This document shows, piece after piece, positions 43,154-56,792 of a stretch of 64,000 nucleotides of DNA. Every line of letters begins with the position of its first letter. Position 1 is the stretch's first letter. The stretch spans positions 7,130,001-7,194,000 of the forward strand of contig CM022669.1 of the NCBI GenBank assembly GCA_012295275.1, read 5' to 3'. The translations under genes and the position numbers were made by a program. The notes below the pieces were generated by a model. That model made no database searches. It was not told the origin of the DNA and saw nothing but the letters and a program-made list of their open reading frames with translations. This DNA comes from Chrysomallon squamiferum. Lineage: Eukaryota; Animalia; Mollusca.

Positions 43154-45175
43154 TGTCTTTGGTATATTTTGTTCCTTTACTGGAGTGAAAAAAATTATAA
43201 TAATTTACTGTTAAGAAGTAAATCATGATTTTAATTTATCTTTTCACTCATTTTTTCTTTCTTTTTTGTTGTGTGCTCAAGTTGCAAAGATCATAATTTA
43301 CAAGACAAGTTGGATATATTTTAATAACAAAGTTGTAAAACAATAAAGTAACAAGACAAACTGTTGCTTGATATTAACAATATTTATATTTGCAACTGAT
43401 TCATATAAAATGAGAAACCAAAACATGGTTTTGGTTTGATTGGAGAGTCAACATAGGTGAAAATGAAGATGTTCAACTATTAAAAAAATATATATCATTT
43501 ACAAAGTAATTCTTTACATTTACACACTGAACTTATATTAGTTTCAGATGTAAATATGTTATTATAAAAATATTGCAAAATGAACACCTTCAGTTATTAG
43601 AGAATATAAAAAATAATAAAATACACCAAAGAAAAATAAAAACAAAAAATTCTCATTTAGATAGTAATTCTCTGCATTTCACACATTCAACTAATGTTAG
43701 TTTAAGATATAAATATGTTATTATAAAATACTGTAAGATGAACTGATTACAAAAAAAAATACACACTTAATTCAACATATTCCTTAATGATGTTGTCTCA
43801 TTTTTATAAAGTTCAGCTAATGTATATAGAAGTAATTTTTTATTGTGGGTGTGTCTATCTCTGTCTATCTGTCTATATAATATATATATATAAATATGTG
43901 TGTGGATGTTGTCTTGTGTATGTGTTCTTTCTTTACTTACTCTCTCTGTTCTTCTGCATCACTTGCAGACGCTTCTTCAGTACTGTAAGCACAGACAAAA
44001 TAAAATATAATTATATGCATTTATGAAAGGTTTCATATTACACCTTGTTCCTTTACATAGAACTGGAGATAAGAACAAGAGTCACCCACCTTGATTCTTT
44101 ATGTACATTGTGTATGCATGTGTTTGAGTGTCTGTGTGTTTGTGTGTGTGTGTGTGTGTTTGTGTTGTCTTGTGTATATTTTGTCCCTTTACTGGTGTGA
44201 TAACAATGGTAATAATTCATTGTTAAAAAACAAATTATTAGTTAATTTATCATTTAACTATTTTTCTTTCTTTTCTGTTGTGTGCTCAAGTTGCAAAGAT
44301 ATGTACAAGACAAGTTGGATATATTTTAATAACAAGGTTATAAAACAATAAAGTAACAAGACAAACTGTTGCTTGACTATCAACAGTATTTATATTAGCA
44401 ACCGATTTATATAAAATAAGAAACCAAAACATGGTTTTGTTTTGATTGGAGAGTCAACATAGGTGAAAATGAAGATGTACAACCATTAAAAAAAATATAC
44501 CATTTACAAAGTAACTCTTTATATTTACACACTGAACTTATATTAGTTTCAGATGTAAATATGTTAGTATAAAAATACTGCAAAATGAACACCTTCAGTT
44601 ATTAGAGAATATAAAAAATAAATAAAATACATCAAAGAAAAATAAAAACAAAAAAATCTCATTTAGATAGTAATTCTCTGCATTTCACACATTCAACTAA
44701 TGTTAGTTTAAGATATAAATATGTTATTATAAAATACTGTAAGATGAACTCCTCTGATTACTAAAAAAAAAAAACACTTCATTCAACGTATTTCTTGTTG
44801 ATGTTCTCTCATTTTTTAAAATACTTCTAATGTATATAGAAGTAATTTTTGATGTGTGTGTGTGTGTGTGTGCATGCACATGTGTGTCTCTCTCTCTGTC
44901 TATCTGTAAGTATATATATATATATATATATATACATAGAGATATGGATGTTGTCTTGTGTATGTGTTCTTTCTTTCCTTACTCTGTCTGTTCTTCTGCA
45001 TCACTTGCATAAGCTTCTTCAGTACTGTAAGCACACATAAAATAAAATATAATTATATGCATTTATGAAATGTTTCATATTACACCTTGTTCCTTTACAT
45101 AGAACTGGAGATAAGAACAAGAGTTACCCACCTTGATTCTTTATGTACAATGTATATGCATGTGTTTGAGTGTCT

Positions 45176-45216
<41 letters not shown>

Positions 45217-48200
45217 GTCTTGTGTATATTTTGGAGTGGTAAAAATTGTAATAATTCATTGTTAAAAAGTAAATTATTAGTTAATTTATCATTTCACTAT
45301 TTTTCTTTCTTTTCTATTGTGTGCTCAAGTTGCAAAGATCATATGTACATAAGAAGCTGGATATATTTAATAACAAATTTATATAACAATAAAGTAACAA
45401 GACAAACTGTTGCTTGACTATCAACAGTATTTATATTAGCAACTGATTTATATAAAATAAGAAATGAAAACATGGTTTTGGTGTCAATGGAGAGCTAAGA
45501 CAAGTGAAAATAAAGATGTACAGCTATCAAAAAATATATCATTTATAAAGTAATTCTTTGCATTTCATACACTGAACTCATGTTAGTTTGAGTTGTAAAT
45601 ATGTTATTATATCAAATCATAAACTTTCAACAAATAAAAAAGCAAAAACAAACTAAAAAACAACTTTGATGCACTTTTAGAACTACACTCATTATTAGAA
45701 ATAATAAACAAATAATAAACATCTGAAGTAAGAACAAAATAGACAAACCTTTGTTTTTTATTGCTACTGCTGGTGAAAGTTGATGCATCACATAGTTTTA
45801 ACTTAGAATCACTGCTTGAATACTGACCAAGAAATGATAATTATTCAAAAAATTAATAACATACTAGAATAGTGAAAAAACATTTGGAAATTAAACAATA
45901 ATTAATACACTTGTGTTCAGGTTACAAGTACTTTGAACAATGTTCAAATTACTTGTTTGTCAAAAATACTCCTATAAATAATTGCATCAAATGCATTAAC
46001 TATTAACAAGTTCATGTTACTAGCAATTAAATAAAATCAAAGTGTCTGTTTACTTTATTATACAAAACGAAGTTCACTAGATAAACGGTTAGCAGATGTT
46101 GCTGCCATTGCTGACAAATGGCAGGTGAACTGGTCTTAAGCTGTAAGGTATGGCATATAGTGAGACCTCTGCTTAGACTATTCAATTAGTAAGAAAACTG
46201 GAAACTAGTACTGACTGATAATAAAGTAAATTACTCCAAAACCAAAATAGCTATCAATACTTTAGTCACCTTTTTTCTACTTCCTTGTATAAAATTATTA
46301 CTATAAAACAGAAATCTATACATCACTGCATTCTAAAAGCTTGTTATTACCATTAGAAAAGGTTGCAACTGCTGTATAATTACTTCCAATTATACAAAAC
46401 ATGCTTATGAATTTTGTTTACAATACTGTATTAATAGCTGTATTAATTTATGTGTAAAATACAAAAAATTTCAAAAATAAATAATTACCTTGGTTACCGT
46501 ATCTGACTGTTTAATTACACGTCTTAACTTCTGGTAAATGCGGTTGTAAACAGAGCTGTTCTGAGAACAAATATCTTTGGTTTTAGGAGCTAGATTAAGA
46601 GCTTGTTTGTAATAACCTTCTGCTTTTTTAAAATCCTTCTGCTTTTCTGCCACAGAGCCAAGATTTTCTAGAGCTTGAACCTCTGAGTTAAGATCACCTA
46701 AAATTTAAAGAGACTAAGATGCAGTTTAAATACTAATTGCATATGAACAAAAAAAAAAACACATATATGATATAAACAAGAATCCTAGAAATCATTAGAC
46801 TTATGTCTGTACTCTTCTCTAAGATGCAGTTTAAATACTAATTGCATATGAACAAAAAAAAAAACACATATATGATATAAACAAGAATCCTAGAAATCAT
46901 TAGACTTATGTCTGTACTCTTCTCTAAGATGCAGTTTAAATACTAATTGCATATGAACAAAAAAAACACACATATATGATATAAACAAGAATCCTAGAAA
47001 TCATTAGACTTATGTCTGTACTCTTCTCTAAGATGCAGTTTAAATACTAATTGCATATGAAAAAAAAACACACATATATGATATAAACAAGAATCCTAGA
47101 AATCATTAGACTTATGTCTGTACTCTTCTCTAAGATGCAGTTAAATACTAATTGCATATGAACAAAAAAAACACACATATATGATATAAACAAGAATCCT
47201 AGAAATCATTAGACTTATGTCTGTACTCTTCTCTAAGATGCAGTTTAAATACTAATTGCATATGAACAAAAAAAACCACACACATATATGATATAAACAA
47301 GAATCCTAGAAATCATTAGACTTATGTCTGTACTCTTCTCTAAGATGCAGTTTAAATACTAATTGCATATGAAAAAAAAACACACATATATGATATAAAC
47401 AAGAATCCTAGAAATCATTAGACTTATGTCTGTACTCTTCTCTAAGATGCAGTTTAAATACTAATTGCATATGAACAAAAAAAACACACATATATGATAT
47501 AAACAAGAATCCTAGAAATCATTAGACTTATGTCTGTACTCTTCTCTAAGATGCAGTTTAAATACTAATTGCATATGAACAAAAAAAACACACATATATG
47601 ATATAAACAAGAATCCTAGAAATCATTAGACTTATGTCTGTACTCTTCTCTAAGATGCAGTTTAAATACTAATTGCATATGAACAAAAAAAACACACATA
47701 TATGATATAAACAAGAATCCTAGAAATCATTAGACTTATGTCTGTACTCTTCTCTAAGATGCAGTTTAAATACTAATTGCATATGAACAAAAAAAACACA
47801 CATATATGATATAAACAAGAATCCTAGAAATCATTAGACTTACGTCTGTCCTCTTCTCGAAGAATCTGTTCATATTCCTTGATATGTTTAGCATCTTCAT
47901 CGAAATCTGGCTGCAGCAGCTGCCTGTTAATTCGTTGTGATCTGACATGATTTCCTTCAGGGTCTTGTGTTTGTCTGCTACTAACCCTGACATCAATTAA
48001 AAAAAGGCTTATTTTTTCACATCTGTCATGGAATAATAATAAAAAAACCCAAAAAACACCGCACCAACAAATTATAAGAAAGAAAAAATAAATAAATGAT
48101 TTAAAAAAAGAAAAAGAAAAAGAAAATCACCTCCCTCCCCAAGAAACGTCTGTCAAGTTTTATTTGGATTATACAAATAATATTTCTTAATGTTCCTTTG

Positions 48201-48897
48201 TTTTTCAAAGATCACTTGTTGATAAATGAAGAAAAGAAGACTGATGATGAAATTCGGGATAAATCAAATTTTAGTTTTAATTTATTTGATAAAACAAACA
48301 GTTTGCTATGTTTGAAATTTTGAACAAGTGTTTTTATTCTGCATATACTCACCTTTTTGTCAGACATTTCCCTCTAGTTCTGGATGCAGGCTCTTTTACC
48401 CTTGGGTAAAAATATACATTTTATTCAACATATTTATATATTTTTATATATATAAACAATATATATATATATATGTAAGTAATTTGACACACTGAAAATA
48501 TATCATTTATAAAGCAATTCTTTGCATTTCATACACTGAACTCATGTTAGTTTCAGATGTAAATACATTATTATATCAAAGCATAAACCATCAACAAATA
48601 GAAAAGCAAAAACAAAAAACAACTTTGATGCACTTTTAGAACTACACACATTATTACAAATAATAAACCTCTGAGGGGTGTCAAGTTTGGTTATTTGATG
48701 TTTCCTTGTGTCAAGTTCTAAACCTCTGTAGATTTTCCAGCTGTGTCTTAAAGACCCAGACTTTAAGATTTTGCACTGTTTTCTGAAACAAGAGACTGAG
48801 AGGGTAGCACTTAACTTAAACCATTGTTTCAGTATTTTAAAGGCTATTACATGAGTTTTTAAATTATGATGATAACATGAGAAAAGACCCTGTTTTG

Positions 48898-48928
<31 letters not shown>

Positions 48929-51900
48929 AACAGGAAAACAGATCTCAAAACGTTTGATAAAATAATGCTGGTTGGAATGGGATTTAGCCCACATCAGTGT
49001 TAAACATTACAATAGTGGACCCAAAACTTATTCCTCAAAATGTCAATTTAAAAATCAAGAAGACAGAATAAATGTTTTAATCTAGCATTATTCAAAGTTA
49101 AAATGTCCAAAAAGGAGCAAACATTTGTAACTGTTTCTTAATTGTATAGCAAACAATCATTCATTACAAAAAATGTTACATATGATGATGTTTCACCATG
49201 CTTTCAAAAACAATTTTCTCAAACCACCAAGATGCACAGATGAAAATGCCATTTCACCAAATTGCCTGAATTGTTTTTTTGTTTTGCCTAAGATCAAAGC
49301 ATGAGCTACATACTAACTTAAACAATAACAGCACATTTACTTATTAGCACTGACTTCCAGCAACTGTCACAGAACTACCAGACAAAAAAGTCCATTTCAT
49401 ATATTGAAGTAATAGATAAAAACAAAAAAACAAAATAGACCAACTGTTGCTTGACTATTAACAATATTTATATTAGCAACTGATCCATATAAAATGAGAA
49501 ACCAAAACATGGTTTTGTTTTGAATGGAGAGTTAAGACAGGAAAAAACGAAGATGTACAACTATTAACAAAATATATCATTTAGAAAGTAATTCTTAATG
49601 TCTCAGCACTTACACCGACAGTTTTTCTGTTTCACTTATGGAATACTCTTTTAATTGTAAAGACAGAACAAACCCCCAGCCCCAGAAAACAAAAGAGAAT
49701 TATATATCTATATTGCTATCTATCTAACAGTCTGTCTGTCTCTATACATCTATCTGTCTATACATACATGGATGATGTTTCTTTACAAACAGATTTATAA
49801 AAGAAGAATAACTTACTGTGTCTTTTCTCTATGACTTGTGGGAGGTTTCTCAGTACTGTAAGCACATAGAAAATAACATATAATTATATGCATTCTTGAA
49901 ATGTTTCATATCACACCTATTGTACATATGTTTTTGTGCATATGTTCCTTTACATAGAACTGTACATAAGAACAGGAGTTATCCATTTTGATTTGTTAAA
50001 TACACTGTGTTTGTGTGTGTGTGTGAGTGTATGTGTGTGTGTGTTTTCTTCTGTATATGTTGTTCCTTTACTGGACTAAAAAAGAAAAATTTTAAGATTT
50101 TAATTTTTAACAAGTAAATCATAATTTTAATTTATCTTTTAACCCTTGTTTTTTTTCTTTCTTTTCTTGTTGTGAGCTCAAGTCACAAAGATAATGTACA
50201 AGACAAGTTGGATATATTTTAGTAACAAAATTTATTAAAGAAATGTATTAAAAAATAAAATAAAATAAGAAACCGTTTCTTGACTATCAACAATATTTAT
50301 ATTAGCAACTGATTTATATAAAATAAAAAACCAAACATTGTGGGTCTTTTTAATGGAGAAACAAGACAGCTGAAAACAAAGATGTACAACTATTAACAAA
50401 ATATATCATTTACAAAGTAATTCTTTACATTTAAACTGAACTTATTAGTTTCAGATGTAAATATGTCATTATAAAATACTGCAAAATGAACACCTTCAAT
50501 TATTAGAGAATTTAAAAAATAAAATACATCAAAGAAAAATAAAAACCAAAAATTTCTCATTTAGAAAGTAATTCTTTACATTTCACACATTCAACTAATG
50601 TTAGTTTAAGATATAAACTTTATTATAAAATACTGTAAGATGAACTCCTCTGATTACTAGAAAAAAACCACACACACACTTCATTCAACATATTTCTTGT
50701 ATATAGAAGTAATTTTTGATGTTTGTGTGTGTGTGTGTGTCACTCTCTCTCTCTGTCTATCTGTACATATATATATATATGGATGTTGTCTTCTGTATGT
50801 GTTCTTTCTTTACTTACTCTGTCTGTTCTTCTGCATCACTTGCAGAAGCTTCTTCAGTACTGTAAGCACACACAAAATAAAATATAATTATATGCATTTA
50901 TGAAATGTTTCATATTACACCTTATTCCTTTACATAGAACTGGAGATAAGAACAAGAGTTACCCACCTTGATTCTTTATGTACAATGTGTGTGTTCATGT
51001 GTGTGTGTGTGTGTGTGTGTGTTGTCTTTGGTATATTTTGTTCCTTTACTGGAGTGAAAAAAATTATAATAATTTACTGTTAAGAAGTAAATCATGATTT
51101 TAATTTATCTTTTCACTCATTTTTTCTTTCTTTTTTGTTGTGTGCTCAAGTTGCAAAGATCATAATTTACAAGACAAGTTGGATATATTTTAATAACAAA
51201 GTTGTAAAACAATAAAGTAACAAGACAAACTGTTGCTTGATATTAACAATATTTATATTTGCAATTGATTCATATAAAATGAGAAACCAAAACATGGTTT
51301 TGGTTTGATTGGAGAGTCAACATAGGTGAAAATGAAGATGTTCAACTATTAACAAAATATATCATTTACAAAGTAATTCTTTACATTTAAACACTGAACT
51401 TATTAGTTTCAGATGTAAATATGTCATTATAAAATACTGCAAAATGAACACCTTCAATTATTAGAGAATTTAAAAAATAAAATACATCAAAGAAAAATAA
51501 AAACCAAAAATTTCTCATTTAGAAAGTAATTCTTTACATTTCACACATTCAACTAATGTTAGTTTAAGATATAAACTTTATTATAAAATACTGTAAGATG
51601 AACTCCTCTGATTACTAAAAAAAAAACACACACACACTTCATTCAACATATTTCTTGTATATAGAAGTAATTTTTGATGTTTGTGTGTGTGTGTGTGTCA
51701 CTCTCTCTCTCTGTCTATCTGTACATATATATATATATGGATGTTGTCTTCTGTATGTGTTCTTTCTTTACTTACTCTGTCTGTTCTTCTGCATCACTTG
51801 CAGAAGCTTCTTCAGTACTGTAAGCACACACAAAATAAAATATAATTATATGCATTTATGAAATGTTTCATATTACACCTTATTCCTTTACATAGAACTG

Positions 51901-53954
51901 GAGATAAGAACAAGAGTTACCCACCTTGATTCTTTATGTACAATGTGTGTGTTCATGTGTGTGTGTGTGTGTGTGTGTTGTCTTTGGTATATTTTGTTCC
52001 TTTACTGGAGTGAAAAAAATTATAATAATTTACTGTTAAGAAGTAAATCATGATTTTAATTTATCTTTTCACTCATTTTTTCTTTCTTTTTTGTTGTGTG
52101 CTCAAGTTGCAAAGATCATAATTTACAAGACAAGTTGGATATATTTTAATAACAAAGTTGTAAAACAATAAAGTAACAAGACAAACTGTTGCTTGATATT
52201 AACAATATTTATATTTGCAATTGATTCATATAAAATGAGAAACCAAAACATGGTTTTGGTTTGATTGGAGAGTCAACATAGGTGAAAATGAAGATGTTCA
52301 ACTATTAACAAAATATATCATTTACAAAGTAATTCTTTACATTTAAACACTGAACTTATTAGTTTCAGATGTAAATATGTCATTATAAAATACTGCAAAA
52401 TGAACACCTTCAATTATTAGAGAATTTAAAAAATAAAATACATCAAAGAAAAATAAAAACCAAAAATTTCTCATTTAGAAAGTAATTCTTTACATTTCAC
52501 ACATTCAACTAATGTTAGTTTAAGATATAAACTTTATTATAAAATACTGTAAGATGAACTCCTCTGATTACTAAAAAAAAAAAACACACACACACTTCAT
52601 TCAACATATTTCTTGTATATAGAAGTAATTTTTGATGTTTGTGTGTGTGTGTGTGTCACTCTCTCTCTCTGTCTATCTGTACATATATATATATATATGG
52701 ATGTTGTCTTCTGTATGTGTTCTTTCTTTACTTACTCTGTCTGTTCTTCTGCATCACTTGCATAAGCTTCTTCAGTACTGTAAGCACACACAAAATAAAA
52801 TATAATTATATGCATTTATGAAATGTTTCATATTACACCTTATTCCTTTACATAGAACTGGAGATAAGAACAAGAGTTACCCACCTTGATTCTTTATGTA
52901 CAATGTGTGTGTTCATGTGTGTGTGTGTGTGTGTGTTGTCTTTGGTATATTTTGTTCCTTTACTGGAGTGAAAAAAATTATAATAATTTACTGTTAAGAA
53001 GTAAATCATGATTTTAATTTATCTTTTCACTCATTTTTTCTTTCTTTTTTGTTGTGTGCTCAAGTTGCAAAGATCATAATTTACAAGACAAGTTGGATAT
53101 ATTTTAATAACAAAGTTGTAAAACAATAAAGTAACAAGACAAACTGTTGCTTGATATTAACAATATTTATATTTGCAACTGATTCATATAAAATGAGAAA
53201 CCAAAACATGGTTTTGGTTTGATTGGAGAGTCAACATAGGTGAAAATGAAGATGTACAACCATTAAAAAAAATATACCATTTACAAAGTAACTCTTTATA
53301 TTTACACACTGAACTTATATTAGTTTCAGATGTAAATATGTTAGTATAAAAATACTGCAAAATGAACACCTTCAGTTATTAGAGAATATAAAAAATAAAT
53401 AAAATACACCAAAGAAAAATAAAAACAAAAAAATCTCATTTAGATAGTAATTCTCTGCATTTCACACATTCAACTAATGTTAGTTTAAGATATAAATATG
53501 TTATTATAAAATACTGTAAGATGAACTCCTCTGATTACTAAAAAAAACACACACTTCATTCAACGTATTTCTTGTTGATGTTCTCTCATTTTTTAAAATA
53601 CTTCTAATGTATATAGAAGTAATTTTTGATGTGTGTGTGTGTGTGTGTGCATGCACATGTGTGTCTCTCTCTCTGTCTATCTGTAAGTATATATATATAT
53701 ATATATATATATACATAGAGATATGGATGTTGTCTTGTGTATGTGTTCTTTCTTTACTTACTCTGTCTGTTCTTCTGCATCACTTGCATAAGCTTCTTCA
53801 GTACTGTAAGCACACATAAAATAAAATATAATTATATGCATTTATGAAATGTTTCATATTACACCTTGTTCCTTTACATAGAACTGGAGATAAGAACAAG
53901 AGTTACCCACCTTGATTCTTTATGTACAATGTATATGCATGTGTTTGAGTGTCT

Positions 53955-53999
<45 letters not shown>

Positions 54000-55629
54000 G
54001 TCTTGTGTATATTTTGGAGTGGTAAAAATTGTAATAATTCATTGTTAAAAAGTAAATTATTAGTTAATTTATCATTTCACTATTTTTCTTTCTTTTCTAT
54101 TGTGTGCTCAAGTTGCAAAGATCATATGTACATAAGAAGCTGGATATATTTAATAACAAATTTATATAACAATAAAGTAACAAGACAAACTGTTGCTTGA
54201 CTATCAACAGTATTTATATTAGCAACTGATTTATATAAAATAAGAAATGAAAACATGGTTTTGGTGTCAATGGAGAGCTAAGACAAGTGAAAATAAAGAT
54301 GTACAGCTATCAAAAAATATATCATTTATAAAGTAATTCTTTGCATTTCATACACTGAACTCATGTTAGTTTGAGTTGTAAATATGTTATTATATCAAAT
54401 CATAAACTTTCAACAAATAAAAAAGCAAAAACAAACTAAAAAACAACTTTGATGCACTTTTAGAACTACACTCATTATTAGAAATAATAAACAAATAATA
54501 AACATCTGAAGTAAGAACAAAATAGACAAACCTTTGTTTTTTATTGCTACTGCTGGTGAAAGTTGATGCATCACATAGTTTTAACTTAGAATCACTGCTT
54601 GAATTCTGACCAAGAAATGATAATTATTCAAAAAATTAATAACATACTAGAATAGTGAAAAAACATTTGGAAATTAAACAATAATTAATACACTTGTGTT
54701 CAGGTTACAAGTACTTTGAACAATGTTCAAATTACTTGTTTGTCAAAAATACTCCTATAAATAATTGCATCAAATGCATTAACTATTAACAAGTTCATGT
54801 TACTAGCAATTAAATAAAATCAAAGTGTCTGTTTACTTTATTATACAAAACGAAGTTCACTAGATAAACGGTTAGCAGATGTTGCTGCCATTGCTGACAA
54901 ATGGCAGGTGAACTGGTCTTAAGCTGTAAGGTATGGCATGTAGTGAGACCTCTGCTTAGACTATTCAATTAGTAAGAAAACTGGAAACTAGTACTGACTG
55001 ATAATAAAGTAAATTACTCCAAAACCAAAATAGCTATCAATACTTTAGTCACCTTTTTTCTACTTCCTTGTATAAAATTATTACTATAAAACAGAAATCT
55101 ATACATCACTGCATTCTAAAAGCTTGTTATTACCATTAGAAAAGGTTGCAACTGCTGTATAATTACTTCCAATTATACAAAACATGCTTATGAATTTTGT
55201 TTACAATACTGTATTAATAGCTGTATTAATTTATGTGTAAAATACAAAAAATTTCTAAAATAAATAATTACCTTGGTGACCGTATCTGACTGTTTAATTA
55301 CACGTATTAACTTCTGGTAAATGCGTTCGTAAACAGAGCTGTACTGAGAACAAATATCTTTGGTTTTAGGAGCTAGATTAAGAGCTTGTTTGTAATAATC
55401 TTCTGCTTTTTTAAAATCCTTCTGCTTTTCTTCCACAGAGCCAAGATTTTCTAGAGCTTGAACCGTTGAGTTAAGATCACCTAAAATTTAAAGAGATTAA
55501 AAACAATCAGAATTAATTTATTATTAAATAAAAATTATATTTTAGTTTAAACAAAACTGAAAACAAGTGTTTTAAACCTAACAGTTAAATATAAAATGGC
55601 AAAAACAGTCATTGTTGGAATGGGTTTTA

Positions 55630-55671
<42 letters not shown>

Positions 55672-56754
55672 TATTACAAAACAAATAATAAATAGACATC
55701 CATGCAAAAAGGTCATTAACTGTTATTCATCATTTTAGCACTAGTAGTTTAGTTTGTAAATCTGTAGTATTCAAATAGTTAGTATTATAAAACCAACACA
55801 CACACACACAAACACACACACACAAATGCACTATATTAAATGAACTTATACTTTAATTAAATGACATACGACTGTTCCTGGCTGCCCAAAGAGCATGTAA
55901 AAAAGCTTCTTTAGCATTTTCTATCTGTCCCAGCTGACTGTGTGCATAGCCCTGATTAAGAAAGCAATGACCTTGATTCTCCATATTTTTTAATTTTGCT
56001 AAAAATAAAAAGAACCATACAAACATTGAAATATAAATAAATAAATAGTGTGTAATAAATGAAAAACATTCAGTAGTATAAAATTCATCACCTACCTTCT
56101 GTAAATAAATGATACATATTCTGTGGTTTTCACATATATGTTACTCAGATTCAGTATTATTCACGTTTCCAGCTGCAGTTTTATTATACAGTAGACCTTC
56201 AATTAATGGACTAATAGTAGTGTTTGTTATTTCTGAAGTTTGTTAAATCACAAATGTTTTAAAATGATAAGACTGCAAAATTGTAACTCTTTAATCACTT
56301 TATTCTAACAATGTGAAAAAATGGTCAGGCTGAGCATGATATGATATATGATAACATATTGAGAAATGCATGGGTGCATCATATCGGTTATTGATGGCAC
56401 TGAGTCTTCCAGAGGAATACAAGAGGGTTTACATAAACTAAGTAACTTGCATTCAAAATTCTTTATAAAAATTATTCTTGATGTTTTGCATTTATCAAAA
56501 TGTTTATCATCTGACATGTGTTGTGCAGTACATACCAAATATTTCAGCAGCACATCTCTCAAGTTCAATAGCTTCATCACATTTGTTCAGGTAACATTTG
56601 ACAACTCCACTGTTTTGATAAAGTGCTGCTCTAACCTTAGATGGGTCTTGGGAAATCACCTCTAAACCTCGGGTAAAACAGTCATCTGCTTTGTCCACAT
56701 CATTTCTTCGTACATAAAACAGACCCAGGCTGTTGTACATATTAGCTGTTTGTT

Positions 56755-56792
<38 letters not shown>

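Larger units (their letters stand above)
39150..55496. repeat. Large near-identical intragenic tandem duplication (copy B ~39150-46713, copy A 46714-55496)
   Basis: Seen: offset 7873 bp at the 143-nt exon (39971 vs 47844) and 8783 bp at exon 4 (46489 vs 55272); the difference reflects one extra ~960-bp unit in copy A. Junction CTAAAATTTAAAGAGA|CTAAGATGCAG at ~46713. Confidence 0.93.

Noticed and set aside
39052-47862. 104-bp arrays as CRISPR-like repeats
   Set aside because: Units are wholly repeated with no unique spacers; eukaryotic intronic context and no cas genes.
39893-47996. ORF MMSGLVADKHKTLKE.. (39893-40123 and 47766-47996)
   Set aside because: Alternative frame of the 143-nt exon; the phase-2 entry gives VSSRQTQDPEGNH..EYEQILREEDR instead.
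48542-48994. 150-aa minus-strand ORF
   Set aside because: Intronic, crosses a (TA)n tract, and the duplicate near 40670-41120 differs in tract length and has a stop; not coding.
54860-55066. Candidate small exons at 55066-55053 and starting at 54923 (also a donor at 49613)
   Set aside because: Weak or unpaired splice sites; the 74-nt exon 54605-54532 already supplies the needed phase 0->2 transition.
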